From positions 710,235 to 774,234 of the forward strand of contig CAWIOR010000015.1 of assembly GCA_963837825.1 (NCBI GenBank): 64,000 nucleotides of DNA, given 5' to 3'. Below, piece after piece: positions 44,535 to 53,747 of this stretch (positions are counted from its first letter, which is position 1; every line of letters starts with the position of its first letter). The notes below the pieces were generated by a model. It saw only the letters and a list, made by a program, of their open reading frames with translations. It was not told where the DNA came from and ran no database searches. This DNA comes from an uncultured Chloroflexia bacterium. GTDB lineage: Bacteria > Chloroflexota > Limnocylindria > Limnocylindrales > CSP1-4. The translations under genes and the position numbers were made by a program.

Positions 44535-44943
44535 CCACCCCGACCGCACCCGGCCGCACCGGCTCCGGTCGATCGACCCGCGGCGCGGGCCCGTCGCCGG
44601 CCGGAGCGACCGACGTCCCTTGCGGGCGACCTTGCTGCACGACCTGCCGGGAGGGCGCATACTCCAGCGAACCCGTGCTCGGGTCCCAGTCCGCTGCGCG
44701 TCCCCAGGCGCGTGGCCCCAGTCCTCCTTCGCCGGACGCCGCGACCCCCGTGCCCACGGTCGCCGCGCCGCCCCCCGAAGGTCAGCTCTCCGCTCGTCGC
44801 GCTGGCCGCGCGGCGTCCTGGTAGGGAGGAGGCAAGAGTTTGCCGCGGTCACCAAGAGGCGCCCAGAGGGCGTCCAGTCGAGTCTTCACCTTCGGTCCGT
44901 GCCGACCCACTCAGGCACGCGACCCGCAGCGGCGAGGTGACCG

Positions 44944-46467
44944 ATGAACCGGATCGCCTCGCGTACCCTGCCCCTCCGTTCGCGTCCGTCCCGCATCGTC
45001 GAGGCGAGCGCAGCGGCCCTCCTGGCGATGGCCCTCCTGACCGGCCTCGGACCGGCGCTCGACGGCGTCGGGCTGCCGGGCATCCGGGCGACCGACGCCG
45101 CCAGCGGCCCCCACCTCATCGCATCCGCCGCCGAGATCGCCAGGCTCCCGACGTCGGGCGCCGCGTGGCAGAACCTGAAGGCGGCGGCCGACTCGAGCGC
45201 CGGCACGCCCGACCTGTCGAACCAGGACTCGAACACCGACGTCAAGGTCCTCGCCAAGGCGCTCGTGTACGCCCGGACGAAGGTCGTGTCGTATCGGACC
45301 CAGGTGATGGCCAGCCTCAGGGCGGTCGTCGGGACGGAGGCCGGCGGGCGGACCCTGGCCGCGGGTCGCGGGATCCCGGCGTACGTCATCGCGGCGGACC
45401 TGATCAGCCTGCCGACGTACAACCCCACGTTCAACAGCGGGACGTTCCGGCCGTGGCTCAAGAGGCTGCTGACCGAGGATCTCCAGGGAAACACCCTGAT
45501 CAGCACCCAGGAGACGCGTCCGAACAACTGGGGGACCCACGCCGGCGCCGCTCGAGCGGCGATCGCCATCTACCTCGGCGACAAGACCCAGCTCGCCCGG
45601 ACGGCTCGCGTGTTCAAGGGCTGGCTCGGCGACCGGACGTCGTACGCCGGGTTCGACTTCGGCGACGTGTCATGGCAGTGCAACCCGGCAAAGCCGGTCG
45701 GGATCGACCCGGCTGGCTGCATCAAGGGCGGCGTCCTGATCGACGGCGCCCTCCCCGACGACATGCGTCGCGGCGGGACGTTCCGGTGGCCGCCCGCCAC
45801 GACGGGATACGCGTGGGAGGGGATGCAGGGGGCGGTCGTCGAGGCCGAGCTGCTCCAGCGGGCCGGCTACCCCGCCTGGTCGTGGCAGAACAAGGCCCTC
45901 CTGCGGGCCGCCAAGTTCCTCTACAACCGGGCGCACTGGCCGGCGGATTCGAACGACGACTGGCAACCGTGGCTGCTCGACTACCGCTACGGGACGAGCT
46001 TCCGGTCGTCGGGCAAGACGCACTTCGGGAAGAACTTCGGCTGGACCGACTGGCTGTACGGCCGGCAGGTCAAGGGTTCGGCGGGCCCGTCGAACGGCTG
46101 GCACCGCTACGGCGACTCGAGCAACCTGGTCGTCTACCGCGGCAGCTGGTCGCGCTCGTCATCGACTCGTCACATCGGCGGCTCGGTCATGGCGTCGCGG
46201 CGAGCCCGCTCGAAGGCCGTCGTCAAGTTCACCGGCGACTCGGTCGTCTGGCTCGGGCCGAACGGGCCGAGCCAGGGCCGGGCGGCGGTCTACATCGACG
46301 GCAGGCTGGTCAAGATCGTCAACCTCCACAGCCCGATCCGGCACTACCGGGTGAGGCTGTACACCGCCAAGTTCAGCAAGGTCGGCACCCACTACCTGTC
46401 GATCAAGGTCCTGGGGACAGCCGGTCACCCGGTCGTCGCCATCGACGGGTTCCTCATCCACCGTTAG
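44944..46467 (+). CDS. Secreted polysaccharide-lyase-like protein (alginate-lyase-type alpha/alpha toroid) with C-terminal jelly-roll-like module
   Basis: Intact 507 aa. Signal-like N-terminus, AAWQNLKAAAD, TRPNNWGTHAG, C-terminal 110 aa (YRGSWSRSS...AAVYIDGRLVKIVNL...GTHYLSIKVLGT...VAIDGFLIH) homologous to the C-terminus of the 15575-18401 protein. Confidence 0.5.
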   Translation: MNRIASRTLPLRSRPSRIVEASAAALLAMALLTGLGPALDGVGLPGIRATDAASGPHLIASAAEIARLPTSGAAWQNLKAAADSSAGTPDLSNQDSNTDVKVLAKALVYARTKVVSYRTQVMASLRAVVGTEAGGRTLAAGRGIPAYVIAADLISLPTYNPTFNSGTFRPWLKRLLTEDLQGNTLISTQETRPNNWGTHAGAARAAIAIYLGDKTQLARTARVFKGWLGDRTSYAGFDFGDVSWQCNPAKPVGIDPAGCIKGGVLIDGALPDDMRRGGTFRWPPATTGYAWEGMQGAVVEAELLQRAGYPAWSWQNKALLRAAKFLYNRAHWPADSNDDWQPWLLDYRYGTSFRSSGKTHFGKNFGWTDWLYGRQVKGSAGPSNGWHRYGDSSNLVVYRGSWSRSSSTRHIGGSVMASRRARSKAVVKFTGDSVVWLGPNGPSQGRAAVYIDGRLVKIVNLHSPIRHYRVRLYTAKFSKVGTHYLSIKVLGTAGHPVVAIDGFLIHR

Positions 46468-46501
46468 TCCGCCTGCCCACGGCGCCGGCGTCGTGGCGTG
46501 A

Positions 46502-46538
46502 ACACAGGACGACCGCCGTTCAGGCGGTCGTCCTGTGT
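46502..46538. terminator. Strong bidirectional hairpin terminator between convergent units
   Basis: ACACAGGACGACCGCC (46502-46517), loop GTTCA, GGCGGTCGTCCTGTGT (46523-46538): 16-bp perfect stem. Confidence 0.65.
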
Positions 46539-46609
46539 CTGCGGATCGAGGCCCCGCTGGGCCTCGGGTAGGTCCTACCAGCGATGGCCCAGAAGCGGTT
46601 CCATGGCCG

Positions 46610-46699
46610 TCAGTACCAACGCATGCCGGCGCCAAGGCTGAGGGCGATGGTCGCCAGCAGCGCGATGGCAGTGGTGAAGCGCGCCAGGTTCGCCTTCAC
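46610..46699 (-). CDS. 29-codon hydrophobic micro-ORF downstream of the riboswitch
   Basis: GAGGTG-N7-GTG. VKANLARFTTAIALLATIALSLGAGMRWY, stop TGA 46612-46610. 26 of 29 codons end in G/C. Not in the ORF track (too short). Confidence 0.35.
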   Translation of the reverse strand: MKANLARFTTAIALLATIALSLGAGMRWY

Positions 46700-46732
46700 G
46701 TCGTTGCACCTCGTCTCCGAGATCGCGCCTCA

Positions 46733-46824
46733 GGTCCGGCGGCCGGGCGGCCTCGAGTGGCTCGAGGTCCCTGGCTTTGCGTCTCCGCCTCGCGACGGGT
46801 TTGCCCTGGACGGCCCTGTGGCGG
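46733..46824 (-). promoter_or_regulatory. c-di-GMP-I (GEMM-I) riboswitch aptamer
   Basis: Minus strand: CAGGGCAAACC-CGUC[GCGA]GGCG-G-AGACGCAAAGCC-AGGGA-CCUCGAG[CCA]CUCGAGG-CCGCCCGG. Both 11-mers match the conserved junction strands of the Vc2 aptamer as I recall it. The GNRA-capped P2 and a P3 hairpin are in the expected positions. Confidence 0.75.
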
Positions 46825-46945
46825 AGGACGATCGTCGCCCTCGATCGGAACGCTAGGGCCAGGAGAGGCCCAGGACGAATGACCCATCGGTACCGGTCGG
46901 CGCCCGATTCCGGGGGAGGTTCCACGATGCACCGCCCGGAGCGCC

Positions 46946-47494
46946 TCAGGTCGGGCGGAGCCCCGCCGGGTCTGGGTGGCGGCGCATCGCGGCGACGATC
47001 GCCAGCGCGATCCCCGCTCCGATCAGGACGTCGCCGATGCTGAAGACGTTCGCGAACGGGACCACCGGCGGCAGGGCGAAGATGTCGGTCAGCGGGGCGA
47101 GCGCCGGAGCGGCCAGGACGGCGCTGTTCGAGTAGCCGTCGGGCGGGAGCTTCCCGGCCGCAGCCAGGGCCGCCGCCGAGGCCGGCATGTACCCCCCGTT
47201 GGCGGCGATCGCCACCAGGTTGCAGGCCGCCCCGAGGGCGACGATCGGCAGACCACCGATCCGGATGTTGGCGAGGAGGACCGCGAACACCACGACGGTC
47301 GACGCGACGTACAGCGGGGCGCCCAGGTCGCCGATCCGCTCGCTCACCGGGGCGGAGAAGATCACCACCTGGGCGGCGAAGCCGACGACCGCCAGCGTGC
47401 CGAAGCGGAACTTGAGGGCGGCCAGCCCGCCAGGCCGACCGCCGAGGGCGAAGCCGACGACGAGACCGGCCAGGACCGCGTAGAGGATGAACAT
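46946..47494 (-). CDS. Small polytopic membrane protein (DUF5317-like)
   Basis: Intact 182 aa, 5-6 TM segments (MFILYAVLAGLVVGFALGG..., VVGFAAQVVIF, VVVFAVLLANI, IVALGAACNLVAIAANGG, GDVLIGAGIALAIVAA). Starts 6 nt after the GGDEF-EAL stop. Confidence 0.55.
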   Translation of the reverse strand: MFILYAVLAGLVVGFALGGRPGGLAALKFRFGTLAVVGFAAQVVIFSAPVSERIGDLGAPLYVASTVVVFAVLLANIRIGGLPIVALGAACNLVAIAANGGYMPASAAALAAAGKLPPDGYSNSAVLAAPALAPLTDIFALPPVVPFANVFSIGDVLIGAGIALAIVAAMRRHPDPAGLRPT

Positions 47495-47500
47495 CGAGGC

Positions 47501-50152
47501 CTACCCCGCCCGGCTGCGGACCGGGAAGACGATCGGCTGGACCGCCGGACGGTCGACGGCCGGAGGTGGCGGCAGGACCATCGGGAGCGGGGTCACCCCC
47601 AGCAGCCGGGCGAGGTGGTCGGCCGGCAGGGGCCGGGCGAACAGGAAGCCCTGGCCGAACTCGCAGCCGAGGGTTCGCAGCCGTTCGAGCTGGCCGGGCT
47701 CCTCGATCCCCTCGGCCACGATCCGCAGCCCGAGCGTCTGCCCGAGCGCGACGATCGCGTGGGCGAACGCCCAGGTCTCGGGATCGGCCGCCCCCGACAC
47801 GACGAAGTCCCGGGCGATCTTCAGGATGTCGACCGGGAACCGGCGCAGGTAGCCGAGCGACGAGTAGCCGGTCCCGAAGTCGTCGACGGCGATCCGGATC
47901 CCGAGCGCCCGGAGGGCCTCCAGCCGGGCGATGGTGGTCGTCGTGTCGCGGAACATCGCGGTCTCGGTCATCTCGAGCACGAGGTCGGCCGGGTCGAAGC
48001 CGGTCTCCCGGAGAACGGTCTCGATCTCCTCGACGATGTCGGTCCTCTGGAGCTGGAGCGGCGACACGTTGACGCTCAGCAGGAGATGCGCCGGCGCGCC
48101 GGCCGCCCGCAGCCCGACGACCGTCCGGCAGGCCTCGGCCAGGACCCACCGTCCGAGGGCGAGGATCGTCCCGTTCTCCTCGGCCAGGCTGATGAACTCG
48201 TCGGGTTGAGTCAGGCCGCGGATCGGGTGGCGCCACCGGACGAGCGCCTCGACGCCGATCGTCTCGCCGCTGTCGAGGGCGACGATCGGCTGGTAGTGGA
48301 CGACGAGCTCGTCGCGGGCGACGCTCCGGGCCAGCTCCGCCGACAGCTCGTGGCGGGCGACGATCGTGGCGTGCATCGCGGGATCGAACACGGCGAAGCG
48401 GCGCTTGCCGGCGGCCTTGGCCGTGTACATCGCCACGTCGGCGTTGCGGAGCAGGTCGTCGGCTCCGGCGTTGACCCCGGGCCCTCGGGCGCTGGCGATC
48501 CCGATGCTCGCTCCCACGACCGTGTCCTTGCCGAGGATCGGGAACGACATCCCGAGGACGTCGATCAGCCGACGGGCGACGGCGATCGAATGGGTCAGGT
48601 CGGGCCGATCGACGACGAGGATGGCGAACTCGTCACCGCCCAGCCGAGCCGCCAGGTCGCCCTCGCGGATCGTCGTCCGGATCCGGCCGGCGACGGCCAC
48701 CAGGAGCTGGTCGCCGGCCGCGTGGCCGAGCGTGTCGTTGACGACCTTGAAGTCGTCGAGGTCGAGGAACAGGACGACCGGGACCCGGTCGTCCTCACGA
48801 TCGCGGAGCCGGAGGGCGACCTGCTCGGCGAACAGGGCCCGGTTCGGGAGGTCGGTCAGCGGGTCGTGGTAGGCCTGGTAGCGAAGCTGCTCCTTGAGCC
48901 GGCTGAGCTCGGCCAGCGACTGCTCGAGCTGACCATTCTCGAGCGCGACCGCGACCTGGTTGGCGAGCGTCTCGAGCAGGCGCAGGTCGTCGTCGCCGAA
49001 GCTCGTCCCCTCGGTCAGCCGGTTCGCGATGGTGATCGTGCCGATGGTCGTCGACTCGCCGACGAGCGGCGCGATCATGGCCTGGCGGATCGCCATCGTC
49101 CGGCCGCCCGGCGTCCGGTGGGGCATCGCGAAGAACGCCCGCCGCTCGACCGCAGCGCGCGTCCGGACGGGGTCGCCGGCGGCCAGGTCCACCGGGGCCA
49201 TCAGCTCGGCGTCGGCGTCCTGGAGCGAGGTCGTCCGCAGGCCCTGACCACCGTCGCGGGTCGATTCGAGGAGGATCTCGGCCAGTTCGGCATGGAACAT
49301 GTCACGGGCGTGGTCGAGCAGGGCGACGAGGGCGAGGTCGAGCTCAGGCGAGTGCTGGAGGATCCGGCTGGACTGATAGAGGAGCTCGAGCCGTTCGTGT
49401 TTCTCGCGCTCCGAGACGTACGCCCGGTAGGCGACGAACAGGGTGATCAACGGGACGGCGAGCAGGCCGAGGGCGATCGGCGAGGTCCACATCATCGTCA
49501 CCGCGAGCAGGGCCAGGCTCGTGTTGGCCAGGGCGACGAGGCCGCCGAACTCGATCATCTCCGGGAGCTTCTGGAACTGGGGCGCGCCGCCGCTCAGGAC
49601 GATGACCGTGGCGATCGTCACCGCGCCGATCACCGCGCCGATGAGCGTCGCGACCATCGCGGCCAGCCAGTCGATCGGGACAGGCTGCCCGCCGAACCGC
49701 CCGATCGCCCGGAAGACGGTCAGGGTCACCACCGCGACGAACGCGTAGTTGGCCAGGTTGAAGGCGACCTTGAGCGCCGGCTGCCGGGAATGGAACGTGA
49801 GCGCCACGCCGGACCCGACGAGCAGGGCGATGAGATACTCGGTCGGCGGCAGGAAGAAGAAGCCGATGACCGACGGCAGTTCGCTCAGCGAGAAGGAGTG
49901 GCTCTCCCGCCTGAAGTGGACATCGATGACCTTCGCCTCGGTCAGGAAGAAGCCCACGGCGAGCAGGGGCCACGGGATCGCCACCGGAGTCGGCAGCGAG
50001 GGGAGCCCCCGGATCGCGACGAAGTACCCGACGACAGCCGCGGTCGCCAGCCCGAGGCTGAGCAGCCACACCCGGATCACGGCGGCCTGGCTGGCCAGGC
50101 GCGACCGTACGGTCCCGATGACCGCCTCGGGCGGTCGAGGTGCGTGGCCCAC
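47501..50152 (-). CDS. Membrane-bound GAF-GGDEF-EAL protein (diguanylate cyclase/phosphodiesterase)
   Basis: Intact 883 aa from GTG 50152 (GAGGA upstream). About 8 N-terminal TMs, GAF-like segment, YHDPLTDLPNR...RLGGDEFAIL (GGDEF), QPIV...EALVRW, DDFGTGYSSL, EGIE, GQGF (EAL). The ORF-track extension to 50941 was rejected. Confidence 0.88.
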   Translation of the reverse strand: MGHAPRPPEAVIGTVRSRLASQAAVIRVWLLSLGLATAAVVGYFVAIRGLPSLPTPVAIPWPLLAVGFFLTEAKVIDVHFRRESHSFSLSELPSVIGFFFLPPTEYLIALLVGSGVALTFHSRQPALKVAFNLANYAFVAVVTLTVFRAIGRFGGQPVPIDWLAAMVATLIGAVIGAVTIATVIVLSGGAPQFQKLPEMIEFGGLVALANTSLALLAVTMMWTSPIALGLLAVPLITLFVAYRAYVSEREKHERLELLYQSSRILQHSPELDLALVALLDHARDMFHAELAEILLESTRDGGQGLRTTSLQDADAELMAPVDLAAGDPVRTRAAVERRAFFAMPHRTPGGRTMAIRQAMIAPLVGESTTIGTITIANRLTEGTSFGDDDLRLLETLANQVAVALENGQLEQSLAELSRLKEQLRYQAYHDPLTDLPNRALFAEQVALRLRDREDDRVPVVLFLDLDDFKVVNDTLGHAAGDQLLVAVAGRIRTTIREGDLAARLGGDEFAILVVDRPDLTHSIAVARRLIDVLGMSFPILGKDTVVGASIGIASARGPGVNAGADDLLRNADVAMYTAKAAGKRRFAVFDPAMHATIVARHELSAELARSVARDELVVHYQPIVALDSGETIGVEALVRWRHPIRGLTQPDEFISLAEENGTILALGRWVLAEACRTVVGLRAAGAPAHLLLSVNVSPLQLQRTDIVEEIETVLRETGFDPADLVLEMTETAMFRDTTTTIARLEALRALGIRIAVDDFGTGYSSLGYLRRFPVDILKIARDFVVSGAADPETWAFAHAIVALGQTLGLRIVAEGIEEPGQLERLRTLGCEFGQGFLFARPLPADHLARLLGVTPLPMVLPPPPAVDRPAVQPIVFPVRSRAG

Positions 50153-50332
50153 GTTGGGATTGTCCTCTTCGAGGATGGCAGCGGCGGGTACCCCTAAGTA
50201 CCGCCCGTCGACGGTACCGATGGGGGAGGACCGTCGGTCAGGAGCTCGACACTCGACCCAGACCGAGCCCCAGGACCGAGCCCCGGCGGCCTCCGAGCAG
50301 CCCGAGGCGACGCCTCTGGTACCCTCCTGCGC

Positions 50333-51778
50333 ATGCCTGCCGAGCGACCCCGCACCCTCGTCGAGAAGATCTGGGACGACCACGTCGTCGCCGACGAGCC
50401 GGGCGCCCCGACCGTCCTCGGGATCGACCTCCACCTCGTCCACGAGGTGACCAGCCCCCAGGCGTTCACCGGGCTCCGGGCGCGCGGCCTGGGGGTCCGC
50501 CGTCCGGGACAGACGGTGGCCACCGCGGACCACTCGATCCCGACCCACGATCGCAGCCTGCCGATCGTCGACGTGCTCGCCGCGGCCCAGGTCCAGCAGC
50601 TGACCGACAACTGCCGCGAGTTCGGCATCCCGCTCCATGGGATCGGCTCGCCGAACCAGGGGATCGTCCACATCATCGGGCCCGAGATGGGCCTCACCCA
50701 GCCGGGGATGACGATCGTCTGCGGCGACTCGCACACGGCGACCCACGGCGCGTTCGGGGCGCTCGCCTTCGGGATCGGGACGAGCGAGGTCGAGATGGTC
50801 CTGGCCACCCAGTGCCTGCTCCAGCGACGCCCGAAGACCTACGAGGTCCGGGTCGACGGGCGGCTCGCGCCCGGGGTCGGGGCCAAGGACATCATCCTGG
50901 CCCTGATCGCCCGGATCGGCGTCGGCGGCGGGACCGGTCACGTCTTCGAGTACACCGGTGAGGCGATCCGCGCCCTGACGATGGAGCAGCGGATGACGGT
51001 CTGCAACATGAGCATCGAAGGCGGTGCCCGAGCCGGCCTGATCGCCCCCGACGAGACCACCTTCGCCTACGTCGAGGGCCGGCCGTTCGCGCCGCGAGGA
51101 CGGGCCTGGGACGAGGCGATCGCCGGCTGGCGGCGGCTCCCGACCGACGACGGGGCGAGCTACGACCGGTCGATCACGATCGATGCGAACCGCCTCGAGC
51201 CGATGGTGACCTACGGCACGAACCCCGGGATGGGCATCCCGATCACCGCCCGGATCCCGTCGCCGGAGGACCAGGCCGACCCGAGCCAGCGCCGTGCCCT
51301 GGAACGCGCCCTCGAGTACATGGACCTGGTGCCGGGCGAGCCGATCCTCGGCCGCCGCGTCGACGTCGTGTTCATCGGCAGCTGCACCAACGGCCGGATC
51401 AGCGACCTGCGCCTGGCCGCCTCGGTCCTGCGCGATCGCAAGGTGGCCGATGGGGTCCGGGTGATGGTCGTCCCGGGCAGTCAGGAGGTGAAGAAGGAGG
51501 CCGAGAACGAGGGCCTGGCCGAGGTCTTCCGGGCCGCCGGCGCCGAGTGGCGGGAGGCCGGCTGCTCGATGTGCATCGCGATGAACGGCGACCAGCTGGA
51601 CCCCGGCCAGTACGCCATCTCGACCTCGAACCGGAATTTCGAGGGACGCCAGGGCAAGGGCGGTCGGTCCTTCCTCGCCTCGCCGCTCACCGCCGCGGCC
51701 GCCGCCGTGACCGGGGTCGTCACCGACCCGCGGACGCTGCCCGGGATCGAGGCCGCGGTCGGTCTGGGGGGTCGCTGA
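50333..51778 (+). CDS. leuC: 3-isopropylmalate dehydratase large subunit
   Basis: Intact 481 aa. [63 protein letters not shown]. Confidence 0.93.
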   Translation: MPAERPRTLVEKIWDDHVVADEPGAPTVLGIDLHLVHEVTSPQAFTGLRARGLGVRRPGQTVATADHSIPTHDRSLPIVDVLAAAQVQQLTDNCREFGIPLHGIGSPNQGIVHIIGPEMGLTQPGMTIVCGDSHTATHGAFGALAFGIGTSEVEMVLATQCLLQRRPKTYEVRVDGRLAPGVGAKDIILALIARIGVGGGTGHVFEYTGEAIRALTMEQRMTVCNMSIEGGARAGLIAPDETTFAYVEGRPFAPRGRAWDEAIAGWRRLPTDDGASYDRSITIDANRLEPMVTYGTNPGMGIPITARIPSPEDQADPSQRRALERALEYMDLVPGEPILGRRVDVVFIGSCTNGRISDLRLAASVLRDRKVADGVRVMVVPGSQEVKKEAENEGLAEVFRAAGAEWREAGCSMCIAMNGDQLDPGQYAISTSNRNFEGRQGKGGRSFLASPLTAAAAAVTGVVTDPRTLPGIEAAVGLGGR

Positions 51779-51779
51779 G

Positions 51780-52418
51780 ATGGCCGCGCCCTACGGATCG
51801 TTCAGCAGCGCGGTGATCCCGCTCCCGGCCGAGAACGTCGACACCGACCAGATCGTCCCGGCTCGCTACCTCAAGGTCACCGACAAGGACGGTCTGCGCG
51901 ACGCGCTGTTCCACGACTGGCGCTACGACGCCGACGGCGGGCTCAAGGAGCCGCTGTTCGTGATGGACCGGCTGGCGATGGCCGACCGCAGGATCCTCCT
52001 CGTCGGCGACAACTTCGGGACCGGCTCGTCGCGCGAGCATGCGCCGTGGGCGCTCGTGGCCTGGGGGATCCGGGCGGTCGTCTCGACCGGCTTCGCCGAC
52101 ATCTTCCGCAGCAACTGCCTGAAGAACGGGCTGCTCCCGATCGTCGTCGACCCCGAGAAGCACCGTCAGCTGTTCGAGCTCGTCGAGGCCCAGCCGGGGG
52201 TCAGCCTGACGGTCGACCTCGAGGCCCAGGTCGTCCACCTGCCGGGGGACGAGGACCTCCCGTTCGACGTCGACCCGTTCGCCAAGCAGATGCTCCTCGC
52301 CGGGACCGACGAGCTGGGCTGGCTGCTGGCTCGGGAGCCGGCGATCGCCGCCTACGAGGCGGCTCACCCGGCGCGGGTCGACACGCTCGCCGGCGCGGGC
52401 CAGGCACGCCGGCCGTGA
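51780..52418 (+). CDS. leuD: 3-isopropylmalate dehydratase small subunit
   Basis: Intact 212 aa. VIPLPAENVDTDQIVPARYL, LLVGDNFGTGSSREHAPWAL, GIRAVVSTGFADIFRSNCLKNGLLPI. Confidence 0.92.
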   Translation: MAAPYGSFSSAVIPLPAENVDTDQIVPARYLKVTDKDGLRDALFHDWRYDADGGLKEPLFVMDRLAMADRRILLVGDNFGTGSSREHAPWALVAWGIRAVVSTGFADIFRSNCLKNGLLPIVVDPEKHRQLFELVEAQPGVSLTVDLEAQVVHLPGDEDLPFDVDPFAKQMLLAGTDELGWLLAREPAIAAYEAAHPARVDTLAGAGQARRP

Positions 52419-52565
52419 CCGCAGCCGATCGCCACCGCCATCGGAACGTGCCCGAGTTCGTCGGCGACATCGACGCCGCGGCGCCGTACCGGCCCGAACG
52501 CCGCGTCTGAGTCGCTCGGAACCGGCCCGAGGACGCCCTTCGCCGTCGTCGTCGATACTTGACCG

Positions 52566-53747
52566 GTGAACCTCATCGACGTCGGGATCGTCGTCCTCCT
52601 CGGATTCGGCCTCGTCGCGGGCTGGCGCTCGGGCTTCTTCCCCCAGCTGCTCGGGCTCGTCGGAGCCGCGGTCGGCGGCGTCGTGGTCGTCCTGGCCCTC
52701 CCGTTCGCGCACGACGTCCTCGAGAGCATCGACCCCGCCCTGCGCGCGATCGGGGTCCTGGTCAGCCTGCTCATCGCGATCGGGATCGGCGAAGCGATCG
52801 GCTCGGCCATCGGCGCGGCGATCGGGCGGAGCCTGGGCGAGGGCGTTCTCGGCGGCATCGACCGGCTCGCCGGAGCGCTGGCCGGCCTGGCCCAGGGCCT
52901 GCTGGTCGTCTGGCTGGTCGGTGGCCTCCTCGCGGCCGGTCCGGTCCCCCAGATGGCGGCGCAGGCCCAGCGGTCGCTGTTCATCCGGACGATCACCGAC
53001 GTCCTCCCGCCGCCGACCGCATATGTCGACGAGCTGGCCGGATGGCTCGACGCGACCGGCCTTCCGGAGGTGTTCATCGGCCTCGAACCGTTCCCGGCGG
53101 CGCCGGTCGACCGGCCCACCGACGCCGAGGCCGAGCGGATCGCCGCGGCCGCCGAGAAGAGCACCCTGGTGGTCCGGGCGACCGCCTGTGGACGGGTCTC
53201 GACCGGGACCGGGTTCGTCGTCGGAAGCGGTGGCTACCTCGTCACGAACGCCCACGTCGTGGCCGGCTCGAAGGCCGTCGTGGTCGCCTTCGACGGTGGC
53301 CGTCCGGCCGATGCCGACGTCGTCCTGTTCGACCCGAAGCTGGACATCGCCGTGCTCCTGGCGCCGACGGTCAAGGCGCCGCCGCTGGCGTTCGCCGCGA
53401 GCGACCCGGCCCGCGGGACGGTCGGCGCCGCCCTCGGCCATCCCGGAGGCTCGCCCCTCCGGATCATCCCGGCCGCTGTCTCCGACAGCTACGCCGCAGA
53501 GGGTCGCGACCTGTACGGGATCGGCCGGGTGACCCGGCGGATCGTCGAGCTGCGGGCGGACATCGCGCGTGGCGACAGCGGCGGTCCGCTCGTCCTGCCC
53601 GACGGCACGGTCGGTGGCGTCGTCTACGCGGAGGCGCTGAGCGACCCGACGGTCGGCTACGCCCTCGCGCCGGTCGCCGTGGCGACCCGCATCCGACCGG
53701 CGCTCGACTCGACCACGAGCGCCTCGACCGGGGCCTGCACCCGATGA
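52566..53747 (+). CDS. CvpA-domain membrane-anchored trypsin-like serine protease (MarP-like)
   Basis: Intact 393 aa. Four N-terminal TMs (CvpA-like), then GTGFVV..GYLVTNAHVV, DIAVLL, ARGDSGGPLVL (catalytic triad contexts). Confidence 0.8.
   Translation: MNLIDVGIVVLLGFGLVAGWRSGFFPQLLGLVGAAVGGVVVVLALPFAHDVLESIDPALRAIGVLVSLLIAIGIGEAIGSAIGAAIGRSLGEGVLGGIDRLAGALAGLAQGLLVVWLVGGLLAAGPVPQMAAQAQRSLFIRTITDVLPPPTAYVDELAGWLDATGLPEVFIGLEPFPAAPVDRPTDAEAERIAAAAEKSTLVVRATACGRVSTGTGFVVGSGGYLVTNAHVVAGSKAVVVAFDGGRPADADVVLFDPKLDIAVLLAPTVKAPPLAFAASDPARGTVGAALGHPGGSPLRIIPAAVSDSYAAEGRDLYGIGRVTRRIVELRADIARGDSGGPLVLPDGTVGGVVYAEALSDPTVGYALAPVAVATRIRPALDSTTSASTGACTR

Noticed and set aside
44124-44757. ORF 44124..44309 (61 aa) or the full 166-aa ORF 44257..44757 as real proteins upstream of ilvB
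   Set aside because: ORF 44124..44309 runs straight through the terminator hairpin and has poor GC3. In ORF 44257..44757 only the 3' 200 nt or so have coding-like third positions, while upstream codons are rich in A/T endings (GGT, GTT, GAA, AGA, CGT, TGT). Only the short TTG-initiated version was kept, as a low-confidence leader ORF.
46976-50197. 1073-aa + strand ORF (also 42437..44824 +, 27621..29231 +, 53657..55378 -, 51720..53441 -, 4188..5834 -) as possible antisense genes
   Set aside because: They lie exactly antisense to well-supported intact genes (GGDEF-EAL, ilvB, ALDH, DUF885, leuD/MarP-like protease, PepM). Their composition is extreme in Arg/Gly/Asp/Pro and they contain no recognisable motifs. 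These are classic GC-driven shadow ORFs.
50153-50332. T-box or other leader upstream of leuC (three GTACC motifs, hairpin CGACGGT-N14-ACCGTCG)
   Set aside because: The T-box core (GGUGGUACCGCG with the UGGN that pairs with the tRNA CCA end) is not present, only AGUACCGCC. No specifier-loop architecture could be built. The hairpins are short and unremarkable for GC-rich DNA.
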